NCBI GenBank assembly: GCA_947499155.1
Contig: CANMND010000004.1
Location: 76,633-140,632, forward strand
Reading direction: 5' to 3'
DNA from: an uncultured Sphingomonadales bacterium
GTDB lineage: Bacteria; Pseudomonadota; Alphaproteobacteria; Sphingomonadales; Rhodothalassiaceae
Length of the DNA: 64,000 bases
The position numbers were made by a program, and so were the translations under genes. The notes under the pieces are model-generated. The model searched no databases. It was not told where the DNA came from and saw only the letters and a list, made by a program, of their open reading frames with translations. How positions within the stretch are numbered: the first letter of the stretch is position 1; every line of letters begins with the position of its first letter. Below, in pieces: positions 20,744 to 30,770 of the stretch.

Positions 20744-22345
20744 TTGCGTAAAGGAAAATATGGGGGAAGCCGCCACGGGCTTGAAATTCATCAGCTTTCG
20801 CCCAAAGATTCGCAGTGGAACCTTGGGCGCAGTCAATTAGTGGAACAGGCTGTCTGTCGCCAGGAAGGTCGCCTGTCTGCTCATGGCGCGCTGGTGGTGG
20901 AAACAGGAAGGCATACCGGTCGGTCCGCCAATGACAAGTTCACCGTAAAAAATGCAGCCAGCGAATCAACTGTCGATTGGGGCAAGGTCAATATTCCCAT
21001 GACCCAGCAGGCGTTTGACAGATTGCACGCAGACTTTCTTGACCATCTGAATGCAAAGAAACTTTATGTTCAGGACCTGTGGGGTGGCGCGGATGATGAA
21101 TATCGCCTTCCAGTTCGAGTCGTAACCGAAACCGCCTGGCACTCCCTGTTTGCACGGACCATGCTGATTGTGCCGCAGCAGGATGAATATGCAGATTTCC
21201 TGCCTGACTATACGATTTTGCACAGTCCATCCTTCAAGGCAGATGTGGCGCGTCATGAAACGCGCTCGGAAACGGTGGTCGCCGTAGACTTGCAAAAGAA
21301 GCTCGTCCTGATTGGCGGTACGGCCTATGCGGGCGAGATCAAGAAGTCGGTCTTTTCGATCCTTAATTTCCTTCTCCCGGAACAGGGCGTCATGCCCATG
21401 CACAGCTCGGCCAATATTGGCGAGGATGGCAAGGTTGCGATCTTTTTCGGACTGTCGGGCACGGGCAAGACGACATTGTCTGCTGATCCTGCCCGCCAGC
21501 TTATCGGCGATGACGAACATGGCTGGTCTGATAATGGCGTTTTCAACTTTGAAGGCGGCTGTTATGCCAAGATGATTCGCCTGTCCCAAGAAGCGGAACC
21601 TGAGATTTTCGCCACCACTCGCAAATTCGGCACCATCATTGAAAATGTCGTGATGGATGATGACAAGCGGACCCTGGATTTTGATGACAACAGCCTTGCT
21701 GAAAATACCCGTGGTGCTTATCCGGTAGATTTCATTCCCAATCATTGTGAAGCCAATCGCGGGGGAGCACCAAGCACCATCATCATGCTAACGGCTGATG
21801 CGTTTGGAATTTTGCCACCGATTGCGCGCCTGACCCCGGATCAGGCCATGTATCATTTCCTGTCCGGTTATACCGCCAAGGTCGCGGGAACGGAAATTGG
21901 GGTAAAAGAACCACAGGCAACGTTTTCCGCCTGCTTTGGTGCGCCCTTCATGCCCCGGCATCCATCTGTTTATGGCGATCTGTTGCGCCAGCGGATTGCA
22001 AAGGGCGGGGTCTCCTGCTGGCTGGTCAACACCGGCTGGACCGGCGGCGTTTATGGCGTCGGCGAGCGTATGCCGATCAAGGTGACGCGTGCGCTCCTCA
22101 ATGCGGCACTTGATGGCTCTCTCGACAAGGTGGACATGCGCAAGGACAAGCATTTCGGCTTCATGGTGCCAGTTCACGTGCCTGGTGTGCCAGACGAGAT
22201 TCTTGATCCGCGCAGCACCTGGTCTGATGGTGCAGATTATGACGAAAAGGCAGCCCAACTTGTTCACTTGTTCACCGAAAACTTTCAGCAATTTGAAGGT
22301 CATGTGGACAAGGACGTTCTTGGTGCCGCCCCCAAAAGCGCCTGA
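20744..22345 (+). CDS. pckA: ATP-dependent phosphoenolpyruvate carboxykinase
   Basis: Kinase-1a motif [13 protein letters not shown] and conserved PckA blocks. There is no in-frame ATG near the N-terminus. TTG at 20744 sits 6 nt after an AAGGAG Shine-Dalgarno. Confidence 0.9.
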   Translation: MRKGKYGGSRHGLEIHQLSPKDSQWNLGRSQLVEQAVCRQEGRLSAHGALVVETGRHTGRSANDKFTVKNAASESTVDWGKVNIPMTQQAFDRLHADFLDHLNAKKLYVQDLWGGADDEYRLPVRVVTETAWHSLFARTMLIVPQQDEYADFLPDYTILHSPSFKADVARHETRSETVVAVDLQKKLVLIGGTAYAGEIKKSVFSILNFLLPEQGVMPMHSSANIGEDGKVAIFFGLSGTGKTTLSADPARQLIGDDEHGWSDNGVFNFEGGCYAKMIRLSQEAEPEIFATTRKFGTIIENVVMDDDKRTLDFDDNSLAENTRGAYPVDFIPNHCEANRGGAPSTIIMLTADAFGILPPIARLTPDQAMYHFLSGYTAKVAGTEIGVKEPQATFSACFGAPFMPRHPSVYGDLLRQRIAKGGVSCWLVNTGWTGGVYGVGERMPIKVTRALLNAALDGSLDKVDMRKDKHFGFMVPVHVPGVPDEILDPRSTWSDGADYDEKAAQLVHLFTENFQQFEGHVDKDVLGAAPKSA

Positions 22346-22461
22346 ACAACACGAAGTGCCGAGCCGGGGTTGAATTATTTTACCCGACCCCGGTTCAGGT
22401 TCTGCTGTAAGCTCTTGATTTGCGCGAGCGCTGCTTTATGTTCGCGCGGTGCGTGGCACAT

Positions 22462-22535
22462 GCGGGTGTAGCTCAATGGTAGAGCTCTTGCTTCCCAAGC
22501 AAGTGACGAGGGTTCGATTCCCTTCACCCGCTCCA
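22462..22535 (+). tRNA. tRNA-Gly (anticodon CCC)
   Basis: Cloverleaf read by eye. Acceptor GCGGGTG/CACCCGC, D-arm GCTC-AATGGTA-GAGC, anticodon arm CTTGC-TTCCCAA-GCAAG, T-arm GAGGG-TTCGATT-CCCTT. CCA is encoded. Confidence 0.9.
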
Positions 22536-22574
22536 GCTATTTTTGATAGGTCCCCACTTCAATTCCGGACACCG

Positions 22575-23537
22575 TCAGGAAAAGGCCGTCCCACCGACTG
22601 CCTTTAGCGTTTTCTTTTTATTGTCCGGCAGAGGAATAAATTCGGTGTCGTCACCGGGAACGGTGTCGAAACGCCGCATTTTCCAGTCCTCTTTCGCCTG
22701 TTCGATCCGTTCGGGCCTTGAGGATACAAAATTCCACCACAGATAACGCGGCCCCTCCATCGTGGCACCGCCGACAAGGACGAAGCGGGCAGGTGTTGAC
22801 GCCTTCACCTCCAAAAGTGCACCGGGTTTGAGAATGACAAGCTGTCCCGGTTCAAAACTGCACCCGTCAATATCAAGCGTTCCACTGACTGTATAAAGTG
22901 CGCGTTCTTCGGCTTTGGCATCAATCTGCACCGTGCGTCCGGCGCCCAGGTGAATGTCGCAATAGAGTGTGTCTGAGGCGGTTTGCAGCGGTGAGGACAA
23001 TCCGAATGCGGAGCCGGCAATCAGCCGGCCCTTTGCCCCTTCACCATCGAACATCGGCAGATCGTCTTTTGCGATATGAACGAAGTCCGGCTCATCCTCT
23101 TCTGCGTGCAGGGGCAAGGCCATCCATGTTTGCAGGCCGAAAAGCCTTTGGCCGCTCTCCCTCAGCGCTGGGCGCGTGCGTTCGGAATGGACAATTCCAC
23201 GGCCCGCCTTCATCCAGTTGACAGCGCCGGGGCGAATAAGCTGTTCCGTTCCCAGGCTGTCACGATGGAGAATTTCGCCTTCAAACAGATAGGTCAGGGT
23301 TGCCAGATTGATGTGAGGATGTGGGCGCACATCAACACCTTGACCCGACTTGAAGCCTGCTGGTCCCATCTGATCAAAGAATATGAACGGACCCACCATC
23401 TGGCGGTCTTTGGCGGGTAGCGCACGGCGCACTGTCATCTCACCCAGATCAACAGCGCGCGGTACGATTACCATTTCAACGCCGTCAATCGCTTCTTTCA
23501 TTTCTATGGCCGCACGGGGGCATTCACTATAGCTCAT
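22575..23537 (-). CDS. pirin-family protein (bicupin, long form)
   Basis: Pirin N-terminal cupin His cluster (VDVRPHPHINLATLTYLFEG...HRDSLG). 320 aa. Confidence 0.85.
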   Translation of the reverse strand: MSYSECPRAAIEMKEAIDGVEMVIVPRAVDLGEMTVRRALPAKDRQMVGPFIFFDQMGPAGFKSGQGVDVRPHPHINLATLTYLFEGEILHRDSLGTEQLIRPGAVNWMKAGRGIVHSERTRPALRESGQRLFGLQTWMALPLHAEEDEPDFVHIAKDDLPMFDGEGAKGRLIAGSAFGLSSPLQTASDTLYCDIHLGAGRTVQIDAKAEERALYTVSGTLDIDGCSFEPGQLVILKPGALLEVKASTPARFVLVGGATMEGPRYLWWNFVSSRPERIEQAKEDWKMRRFDTVPGDDTEFIPLPDNKKKTLKAVGGTAFS

Positions 23538-23572
23538 GAACCATTCTCCAATGCCGGTTATGTGGGGTCAGT

Positions 23573-24163
23573 TTACTGATCTGTTACCTCATGAACGGTC
23601 CCTGTGGCCTGCAACGCTTCAATCCAGTCACCAAATGCGTCGATGAATTTTTGGAAGAACGCCTGGCTGCTATCGTTCTTGATCTCGCCTTGCTCGTCGA
23701 ACAGATCATAGGCACCACCAATATAGGCTTCTGGCTGTTGCAATATGGGCATATCAAGAAAAACGAGCGATTGGCGCAGATGGTGATTTGCACCAAAACC
23801 GCCTATTCCGCCCGGTGAAACGCTCATTATGGCGGCGGGCTTCTTTGCCCAAGCGCTTTCACCATAGGGTCGAGAGCCCACATCAATAGCGTTCTTGAGC
23901 GCACCGGGTACCGAGCGATTATATTCAGGAGTGACAAACAGAACGGCGTCTGATCCTGAGACGTCCTTGCGAAACCGCTTCCAGGCAGACGGTGCGTCAG
24001 CCGTATCAATATCTATATCGTAAAGCGGCAAATCGCCTATCTCAAGGAAATTGAATTGGAGATTGTCGGCAGCGAGGCGGGCAAGCGCTTTGGCTGCCTT
24101 GCGGTTGACGGAGTCTTTGCGCAGGCTGCCGACAATGACAGCAACTTTATGTTTTTTAGTCAT
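23573..24163 (-). CDS. NAD(P)H-dependent FMN reductase family protein
   Basis: Flavodoxin-like N-terminus KVAVIVGSLRKDSVNRK and TPEYNRSVPGALKNAID, typical of the FMN_red family. Confidence 0.85.
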   Translation of the reverse strand: MTKKHKVAVIVGSLRKDSVNRKAAKALARLAADNLQFNFLEIGDLPLYDIDIDTADAPSAWKRFRKDVSGSDAVLFVTPEYNRSVPGALKNAIDVGSRPYGESAWAKKPAAIMSVSPGGIGGFGANHHLRQSLVFLDMPILQQPEAYIGGAYDLFDEQGEIKNDSSQAFFQKFIDAFGDWIEALQATGTVHEVTDQ

Positions 24164-24219
24164 GGTGTACTCCTGGTTGGAGGGATCATTGGATCCATTG
24201 ATTTAAGGACAGGTGGCAA

Positions 24220-24918
24220 TCAGACCGTATCAACGAGGACGATCCTGGTGTCTTCAAGGGCCTTGATGTCTATGTCTTTGATGAGTTCAACGGCGACACC
24301 ATCCCGTTCATTGGCGAATTTGTCGCCAACCATCATGCTGCCTGTTGCGGCAACGAGATATGCCTTGCGGCCATCGCGGAGCGTCCAACTTGTGGTTTCA
24401 TTAGCTTTCAGCGAAATGCCGGCAACCTGCGCATCGGCGCGGATCATTAAGGCGTCTTTGTCATTCTCTGAACCGCTGGCGAGGACGGTCCAGAGTCCTG
24501 TGCGGTCATCTTTCGGGAATGGTTTGGAGCCCCAGCGGGGGTCACCGCCTTTTTTGTTCGGCTCGATCCAGATTTGGAAAATGCGTGTTTCTTCGTCTTC
24601 GACATTGAATTCGGAATGGGCAATGCCGCGACCAGCGGACATGACCTGAACATCGCCCGCCATGGTCCGGCCTTCATTCCCCAGATTGTCCTTGTGCGTA
24701 ATCGCTCCCTGACGGACATAGGTGATGATTTCCATGTCGCGATGGGGATGCTGCGGAAAGCCGGTTCTCGCGGCGATCTCATCGTCATTCCAGACACGCA
24801 GCCGCCCCCAGCCCATGCGGGCGGGGTCGTAATAGTTCGCAAAGGAAAAATGGTGATGGGTGTTGAGCCAGCCGTAACTGGCTGCACCAAGTGACGCAAA
24901 GGGTCTGACTTCGATCAT
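24220..24918 (-). CDS. pirin-family protein (YhhW/quercetinase-like, short form)
   Basis: HPHRDMEIITYVRQGAITHKDNLGN metal-binding cupin motif. 232 aa. Divergent from the LysR gene. Confidence 0.85.
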   Translation of the reverse strand: MIEVRPFASLGAASYGWLNTHHHFSFANYYDPARMGWGRLRVWNDDEIAARTGFPQHPHRDMEIITYVRQGAITHKDNLGNEGRTMAGDVQVMSAGRGIAHSEFNVEDEETRIFQIWIEPNKKGGDPRWGSKPFPKDDRTGLWTVLASGSENDKDALMIRADAQVAGISLKANETTSWTLRDGRKAYLVAATGSMMVGDKFANERDGVAVELIKDIDIKALEDTRIVLVDTV

Positions 24919-25030
24919 CTCACTTACACTCCCATCCCACTAACACTTCATGTTCCTGTTATTGAATGTACGTCTTGTCAAATGATCTGGAAAGTCGGAT
25001 AAAGTTGAATAAAATGTTCCAAGGATTTGT

Positions 25031-25924
25031 ATGGTTGACGTTGGAAGCCCCACACTTGATCAACTGCGCATCTTTCTTGCTGTCTATGATGAGGGCAGCT
25101 TTAATGCGGCTGCGCGCAAGCTTGGCCGTGCAGTTTCGGTCGTCAGCTATGGCATTTCCGCACTGGAATCCCAACTCGGCGTAAAGCTGTTCGATCGCGA
25201 AGGCTCGCGGCGTCCGGAAACCACTGACGCTGGGCGCTCTCTTCTGTCCTCGGCACGGGCTGTGGTGGACGAGACAGATCATCTGATGGCCCAGGTGCGC
25301 AGCATTAACGCAGGTGTTGAATCTCATGTTTCCATTGCTCTTGATGTTATGGTCCCTTTTGACATTGTCTCGACGATCCTGAGAGATTTCCAACTGGCGT
25401 TTCCATTGGTGGATTTGAGTCTTCATGTCGAAGCTCTGGGCGCGGTTGCGGCACTTGCGCGGGAAGGGAGTGCGGATTTGGCTATATCCGGCCCTGAGGT
25501 GCTTGATCTTCCAGAACTGGATCGTAAGCAGATCGGATGTGTTGAACTGGTACCAGTCGCAGCCCCAGGCCATCCACTGGCGCAAATGGACGTAATAAGG
25601 CCGGGCCAGGCTCGCCTTTATCTTCAACTTGTCCTGACCGACCGGTCTGTTTATACCGAGGGGCAGGAGTTTTTTGTTCTCAGCCCGCGCAATTGGCGTC
25701 TTGCAGATCTTGGCGCAAAACGCGACCTGCTGATCGGAGGAATTGGCTGGGGAAACATGCCTCTCCACAGCGTCAAGCAGGATATTGCAGCCGGGCGTCT
25801 TGCCGTTCTCAAACTACCTGAAGGTGCCAGCGTCGATTATCGCCTCTATGCACTTTGGCGCAAAGACAGTCTGCCAGGTCCGGCGACAATCTGGCTATTG
25901 GAGGCGTTCGAAGCGGCGCTTTGA
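25031..25924 (+). CDS. LysR-family transcriptional regulator
   Basis: N-terminal wHTH LDQLRIFLAVYDEGSFNAAARKLGRAVSVVSYGISALE followed by a LysR substrate-binding domain. Divergent to the pirin operon. Confidence 0.9.
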   Translation: MVDVGSPTLDQLRIFLAVYDEGSFNAAARKLGRAVSVVSYGISALESQLGVKLFDREGSRRPETTDAGRSLLSSARAVVDETDHLMAQVRSINAGVESHVSIALDVMVPFDIVSTILRDFQLAFPLVDLSLHVEALGAVAALAREGSADLAISGPEVLDLPELDRKQIGCVELVPVAAPGHPLAQMDVIRPGQARLYLQLVLTDRSVYTEGQEFFVLSPRNWRLADLGAKRDLLIGGIGWGNMPLHSVKQDIAAGRLAVLKLPEGASVDYRLYALWRKDSLPGPATIWLLEAFEAAL

Positions 25925-26175
25925 ATTTGACTGCCAAGTCGCTTTAAGGAGGCAGGAAAATCGCATGGGCTGCACAAATGCGCCCGATGCCGATGGCCTG
26001 TTTGGTCTTTGTAGCTCGCATGCCTGCTATAGTCTTGCCAGAATCTCAAGGTACGTGCGAGATAAGAGCGGTAACGGGATTAATTCATTTATGATGTGTG
26101 GATACTTTTGTGGCAGGCTTCACACTTGATGAAGGTGACGTCGGGAAGGGTGGGTTCTGGGATGGTGCATCTGAT

Positions 26176-27582
26176 ATGAGAAAACAAGAGACTGCCGCGG
26201 TTATCCTTGCCGCGGGTAAGGGCACGCGCATGAAATCGGCCTTGCACAAGGTTCTGCACCCCATTGGCGGACAACCTATGATAGCGCATTTGCTGGATAT
26301 GCTGGATCAAGTGAATGTGCACCACCGGGTTATGGTGGTGGGTGCTGGCCGCGAGCAGGTGGAGCACTCTGTGTCTGACCGGCACGTCCGCATTGCCCTG
26401 CAGGAGCCACAATTGGGTACCGGCCATGCAGTGACTGCAGCCATGCCAGAGGTGCCCCGGACTATTGACAATGTTCTGGTGCTTTACGGTGACACCCCAC
26501 TGATCACGCCTGAGATTGTGACCAGCATGCTGGATGCGCGTGATGCGCTGCTTGCTGATGGCAGTCGTCCCGCTATTGTTGTTCTGGGATTCAGGCCGTC
26601 AGACCCCGGTGCCTATGGGCGGTTGGTGGCAGATGAACAAGGACGGCTACAGCGCATAGTGGAATATAAGGATGCAAACGCCGATGAGCGTGCTGTCACC
26701 TTGTGCAATTCCGGTGTCATGGTCTTTGATGGCGCACTTTTGCCGACGCTTTTGTCAAAAATTGGCAATGACAATGCCAAGAGTGAGTATTACCTCACTG
26801 ATGCGGTGACCATCGCCCGCGAGCTGGGCCGTGAAGCTGTTGTAGTTGAGGCGAATGCCGACGCATTGGTTGGCGTTAATGACCGTACAGATCTTGCCCA
26901 TGTCGAGGCTCTTTTCCAGCAGCGTACCCGCGCAGAAATGATGGAAAGAGGGGTGACTATGACTGCGCCTGAGACTGTGTTCTTTAGTTATGATACGGTT
27001 CTGGGGCGTGATGTTCTGGTCGAGCCGCATGTGGTCTTTGGTCCCGGGGTTCGGGTGGCGGATGGTGCACATATTCGGGCGTTTTCTCATCTTGAAGGCG
27101 CAGATGTGGCTGAAGGGGCGGTGGTTGGACCCTATGCCCGTTTGCGACCGGGCGCGGTTATCGGCAAGGATGCAAAGGTTGGCAATTTTGTCGAGATCAA
27201 GCAGGCAACGCTGGAAAGCGGTGCAAAAGTCAGTCATCTGAGCTATATCGGTGATGCACATGTGGGAGCCGGTGCAAATATCGGTGCTGGCACAATTACC
27301 TGTAATTATGATGGATTTCTGAAATACCGGACTGAGATCGGTACTGGTGCTTTTGTCGGGTCCAATACGGCGCTTGTGGCGCCTGTATCCATTGGGCCTG
27401 GCGCGATCATCGGTGCCGGCAGCACGATTACAGGGAATGTAAAACCCGATGCGCTGTCGCTTACGCGCGCACCTCAAGAACACAAAGAAGGCTGGGCGCA
27501 ACGCTTCAGGGACAGCAGACAAAGACAGAAGAGTACCCGGAAAGCGGCACAGGCCAAGCGGCCGGACAGGGAAAGGAACTGA
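26176..27582 (+). CDS. glmU: bifunctional GlcNAc-1-P uridylyltransferase / GlcN-1-P acetyltransferase
   Basis: AAVILAAGKGTRMKS loop, then left-handed beta-helix hexapeptide repeats in the C-terminal half. Start trimmed to ATG 26176. Confidence 0.9.
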   Translation: MRKQETAAVILAAGKGTRMKSALHKVLHPIGGQPMIAHLLDMLDQVNVHHRVMVVGAGREQVEHSVSDRHVRIALQEPQLGTGHAVTAAMPEVPRTIDNVLVLYGDTPLITPEIVTSMLDARDALLADGSRPAIVVLGFRPSDPGAYGRLVADEQGRLQRIVEYKDANADERAVTLCNSGVMVFDGALLPTLLSKIGNDNAKSEYYLTDAVTIARELGREAVVVEANADALVGVNDRTDLAHVEALFQQRTRAEMMERGVTMTAPETVFFSYDTVLGRDVLVEPHVVFGPGVRVADGAHIRAFSHLEGADVAEGAVVGPYARLRPGAVIGKDAKVGNFVEIKQATLESGAKVSHLSYIGDAHVGAGANIGAGTITCNYDGFLKYRTEIGTGAFVGSNTALVAPVSIGPGAIIGAGSTITGNVKPDALSLTRAPQEHKEGWAQRFRDSRQRQKSTRKAAQAKRPDRERN

Positions 27583-27589
27583 GAGCTTT

Positions 27590-29413
27590 ATGTGTGGCAT
27601 TATCGGCATTGTTGGGACAGCGCCTGTAGCAGACCGTCTTCTGGATGCGTTGCGGCGGCTTGAGTATCGTGGGTATGACAGTGCAGGGATTGCCACGCTG
27701 TCTGGTGGGCGTATTGCGCGCCGCCGTGCCAAGGGAAAACTGCGCAATCTTGCTGACCTGATGGCCAGAGAGCCTCTGGACGGCATGGTTGGGATTGGAC
27801 ACACTCGCTGGGCAACCCATGGCGCGCCTACGGAAAACAATGCCCACCCTCATAGCAACGAACATGTGGCCGTTGTCCATAATGGAATTATTGAGAATTT
27901 CAAGATACTGCGCGAAGAGCTACAGGCAAGTGGACACGTCTTCCATTCGGAAACCGATACGGAAGTGATTGCCCATCTCTTAAGTGAAAATCTGAAAAAG
28001 GGCGGATCGCCACGTGAAGCCGTCCACGCGACGCTCAAGCGGCTGGAAGGGGCCTTTGCCCTTGCCATTTTATTTGATGGCAATGACCAGATGATGTTTG
28101 GCGCACGGCAGGGCAGTCCGCTGGTCTTGGGCTATGGCAATGGCGAACATTATCTGGGGTCAGACGCCATAGCATTGACCGATCTTACCAATCAGATCTG
28201 TTATCTTGAGGAAGGTGATTGGGTTGAACTTGAAGGCGGGATCGTTACCCTGTTCGATGCAGATGGCAATGAAGTTACACGGCCGACGACGATCAGTACA
28301 GCGTCGGGTGCTCTGGTGGACAAGGGCAACTATCGCCACTTCATGTTGAAAGAGATATATGAACAGCCCACAGTTGTCGGACAAACCCTTGGGACATATC
28401 TTGATCCTCTGGCAGAACGGGTAGAGCTGGGACCATTACCATTTGATCCTGCATCACTCTCCCGCCTGACGCTTATTGCGTGCGGAACCAGTTATTATGC
28501 AGCAATGATTGCACAATACTGGTTCGAGCAGATTGCGGGTATTCCGGTGACAGTGGACGTGGCATCGGAGTTTCGCTATCGCGAGCCGGTAATGGTGCCT
28601 GACGGACTTTCCCTGTTCATCTCTCAGTCAGGAGAAACGGCAGATACACTGGCAGCCCTTCGCTATGCAAAGGCCATGGGCCAGCATGTGGGTGCGATCG
28701 TCAATGTGGAACAATCCACAATGACCCGAGAGGCAGACATTGTTTTTCCAACCCATGCAGGCCCTGAAATCGGTGTTGCCAGCACCAAGGCCTTTACCTG
28801 TCAGCTTGCCGTTCTTGCAGCCCTTGCTATCGCTTTCGGTGCGGCAAGGCAGGTGATAAACAGGGAGGCGGAATCTGAGCTGGTGCGGGCATTGAATGAA
28901 GTCCCTGCCCGCATGGCAGACGTGCTTCAGACTGAACAGCGTATAAGTGAGATTGCGACCCACCTCGCTGATGCGCGCGATGTGCTTTATATTGGCCGTG
29001 GCTCCAATTATCCCCTAGCTCTGGAAGGGGCCTTAAAGCTCAAGGAGATTAGCTATATTCATGCTGAAGGCTATGCAGCAGGGGAGATGAAACACGGGCC
29101 GATTGCATTGATAGATCAATCAGTGCCCGTCATTGTCATTGCCCCGAAAGATTCCCTGTTTGAGAAAACCGCTTCCAATATGGAGGAGGTAATCGCACGT
29201 GGTGGCCCGGTGATCCTGATGTCATGTGAGAATGGCATCAAAAGTCACGGCAGTGGCACTCTCGCTTGCATTAATGTACCAGCGTTACCACTGGTTTCTG
29301 CCCCACTTGTATATGCGATTCCGGTGCAATTGCTGGCCTATCACACTGCGGTCCTTAAGGGAACGGATGTGGATCAGCCACGGAATCTGGCAAAATCTGT
29401 CACAGTCGAATAG
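27590..29413 (+). CDS. glmS: glutamine--fructose-6-phosphate aminotransferase
   Basis: Starts MCGIIGIVG (N-terminal nucleophile Cys), two SIS domains, ends ...NLAKSVTVE. The listed 27449 start overlaps the glmU 3' end and is rejected. Confidence 0.95.
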   Translation: MCGIIGIVGTAPVADRLLDALRRLEYRGYDSAGIATLSGGRIARRRAKGKLRNLADLMAREPLDGMVGIGHTRWATHGAPTENNAHPHSNEHVAVVHNGIIENFKILREELQASGHVFHSETDTEVIAHLLSENLKKGGSPREAVHATLKRLEGAFALAILFDGNDQMMFGARQGSPLVLGYGNGEHYLGSDAIALTDLTNQICYLEEGDWVELEGGIVTLFDADGNEVTRPTTISTASGALVDKGNYRHFMLKEIYEQPTVVGQTLGTYLDPLAERVELGPLPFDPASLSRLTLIACGTSYYAAMIAQYWFEQIAGIPVTVDVASEFRYREPVMVPDGLSLFISQSGETADTLAALRYAKAMGQHVGAIVNVEQSTMTREADIVFPTHAGPEIGVASTKAFTCQLAVLAALAIAFGAARQVINREAESELVRALNEVPARMADVLQTEQRISEIATHLADARDVLYIGRGSNYPLALEGALKLKEISYIHAEGYAAGEMKHGPIALIDQSVPVIVIAPKDSLFEKTASNMEEVIARGGPVILMSCENGIKSHGSGTLACINVPALPLVSAPLVYAIPVQLLAYHTAVLKGTDVDQPRNLAKSVTVE

Positions 29414-29564
29414 CCCATTGCAGAATATCACATTCTCGCGAGAGGGGTAATATTTCGTAATAAACACTGGATAATTGTGCGAATAGGTTATAGTTTTGCC
29501 CGCATCAGGTGTGCGGCGCCCGAAATAATTGGGGTGTCCATTAATGAGATGGGGGTATGGGCGC

Positions 29565-30710
29565 GTGCGTATACTAACAGTTGTCGGCACCAGGCCTGAA
29601 ATGATCAAGCTTGCGCCGGTCGTGCAAGTTTTGAGGCGCAGACCTGATATTGTTCATCGTCTGTGCCTCAGTGGGCAGCACCGCTCATTGGTCCACTCTG
29701 TGATGGCTCATTTCGGGCTTGATGCTGATTTTGATCTTGATCTGATGATAAAGGGGCAGGCCCTGTCTCCCCTGTCTGCAACAATTCTTGCGGGCATTGC
29801 AGATGTCCTTGACTATGAAAGGCCTGACTGGCTGATTGTTCAGGGCGATACATCCACAGCGTTTGCTGCCGCCCTTGCAGGGTATTATGCCAATATAAAA
29901 GTACTGCATGTAGAAGCGGGTTTGCGCAGTTATCAAAGTGCAAATCCCTGGCCGGAAGAGGCGCATCGGAGGATGATAGCTCCTTTGGCAACTCTTCATG
30001 CAGCCCCTACGCCAGCAGCGGCGAAAAGACTGGTGCAGGAAGGCATTGACGAAGACAGTGTTTTTATCTGCGGGAACAGCGGTATTGATGCGCTGTACTG
30101 GACCCGGGACCGACTGAAAACTGACCTCACATTCGCACAAAAGGCACATTTGAACCTGCCGATACAGGCATCAGGCCGACGGTTGATTTTTGTCACCTGT
30201 CACAGGCGCGAACAGCGCAATATACGCCTTAAGGCCTTGTCTAAAGCGTTAGTTCGACTGTCAATGCGTGGGGATGTGGAAATTGTCATGAGCCTTCACC
30301 CCAATCCTGATGTTGCACAGCCGATGAGAGACGCATTCAAGGGTGTTGCCCATATTCATCTGGTCGAACCGCTCGACTATCCCACTATGATCATGATGAT
30401 GGAGCAGGCACATTTTTTAATCAGTGATAGTGGCGGCCTGCAGGAAGAGGCGACTGCGCTGGGCAAGCCCATTCTGGTCCTGCGCACCGTCACAGAGCGT
30501 CAAGAAGCGGTGGAGGCAGGGGCTGCGATTCTGGTAGGGCAGGATGAGAAGCGGATTTACAGTGAAGCCTGTCACTTGCTGGATCATGAGGCGCATTATG
30601 CCGGTATGGCGCGTCCCCGGCAGATTTATGGTGATGGTCGGGCGGCAGAACGAATCGTTGCACGTTTGCCATTGCCGGCAGAAAAGGTTCGACGGCATTG
30701 CATAGCCTGA
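29565..30710 (+). CDS. wecB: UDP-N-acetylglucosamine 2-epimerase (non-hydrolysing type)
   Basis: VRILTVVGTRPEMIKLAPV N-terminus and conserved blocks (LVQGDTSTAFAAALA, SDSGGLQEEA). The start is uncertain: GTG 29565 is chosen by analogy to MK(I/V)LTV starts; ATG 29544 and TTG 29529 are alternatives. Confidence 0.8.
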   Translation: MRILTVVGTRPEMIKLAPVVQVLRRRPDIVHRLCLSGQHRSLVHSVMAHFGLDADFDLDLMIKGQALSPLSATILAGIADVLDYERPDWLIVQGDTSTAFAAALAGYYANIKVLHVEAGLRSYQSANPWPEEAHRRMIAPLATLHAAPTPAAAKRLVQEGIDEDSVFICGNSGIDALYWTRDRLKTDLTFAQKAHLNLPIQASGRRLIFVTCHRREQRNIRLKALSKALVRLSMRGDVEIVMSLHPNPDVAQPMRDAFKGVAHIHLVEPLDYPTMIMMMEQAHFLISDSGGLQEEATALGKPILVLRTVTERQEAVEAGAAILVGQDEKRIYSEACHLLDHEAHYAGMARPRQIYGDGRAAERIVARLPLPAEKVRRHCIA

Positions 30711-30770
30711 TCCAGCTTATGTCATGTGGGTCAGTATTCATGGTTCGCCTGATGAAGCAAACAGTGTGAA

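Noticed and set aside
27449-27589. N-terminal extensions in the ORF track: glmS 27449, glmU 26098, chvI 20522, ahcY 15703, rapZ 17437, hprK 17913, addB 9479, murU-like 10260, atpD 33639, M17 peptidase 53068, MarR 51470
   Set aside because: Each extension overlaps the upstream gene or RNA, or precedes a canonical conserved N-terminus with its own Met and usually a Shine-Dalgarno. Starts were trimmed accordingly.
26755-27840. 361-aa minus-strand ORF antisense to glmU/glmS
   Set aside because: It is fully antisense to two strongly conserved genes and has a low-complexity Arg/Pro/Ser-rich translation. This is the typical shadow ORF of GC-biased coding DNA.
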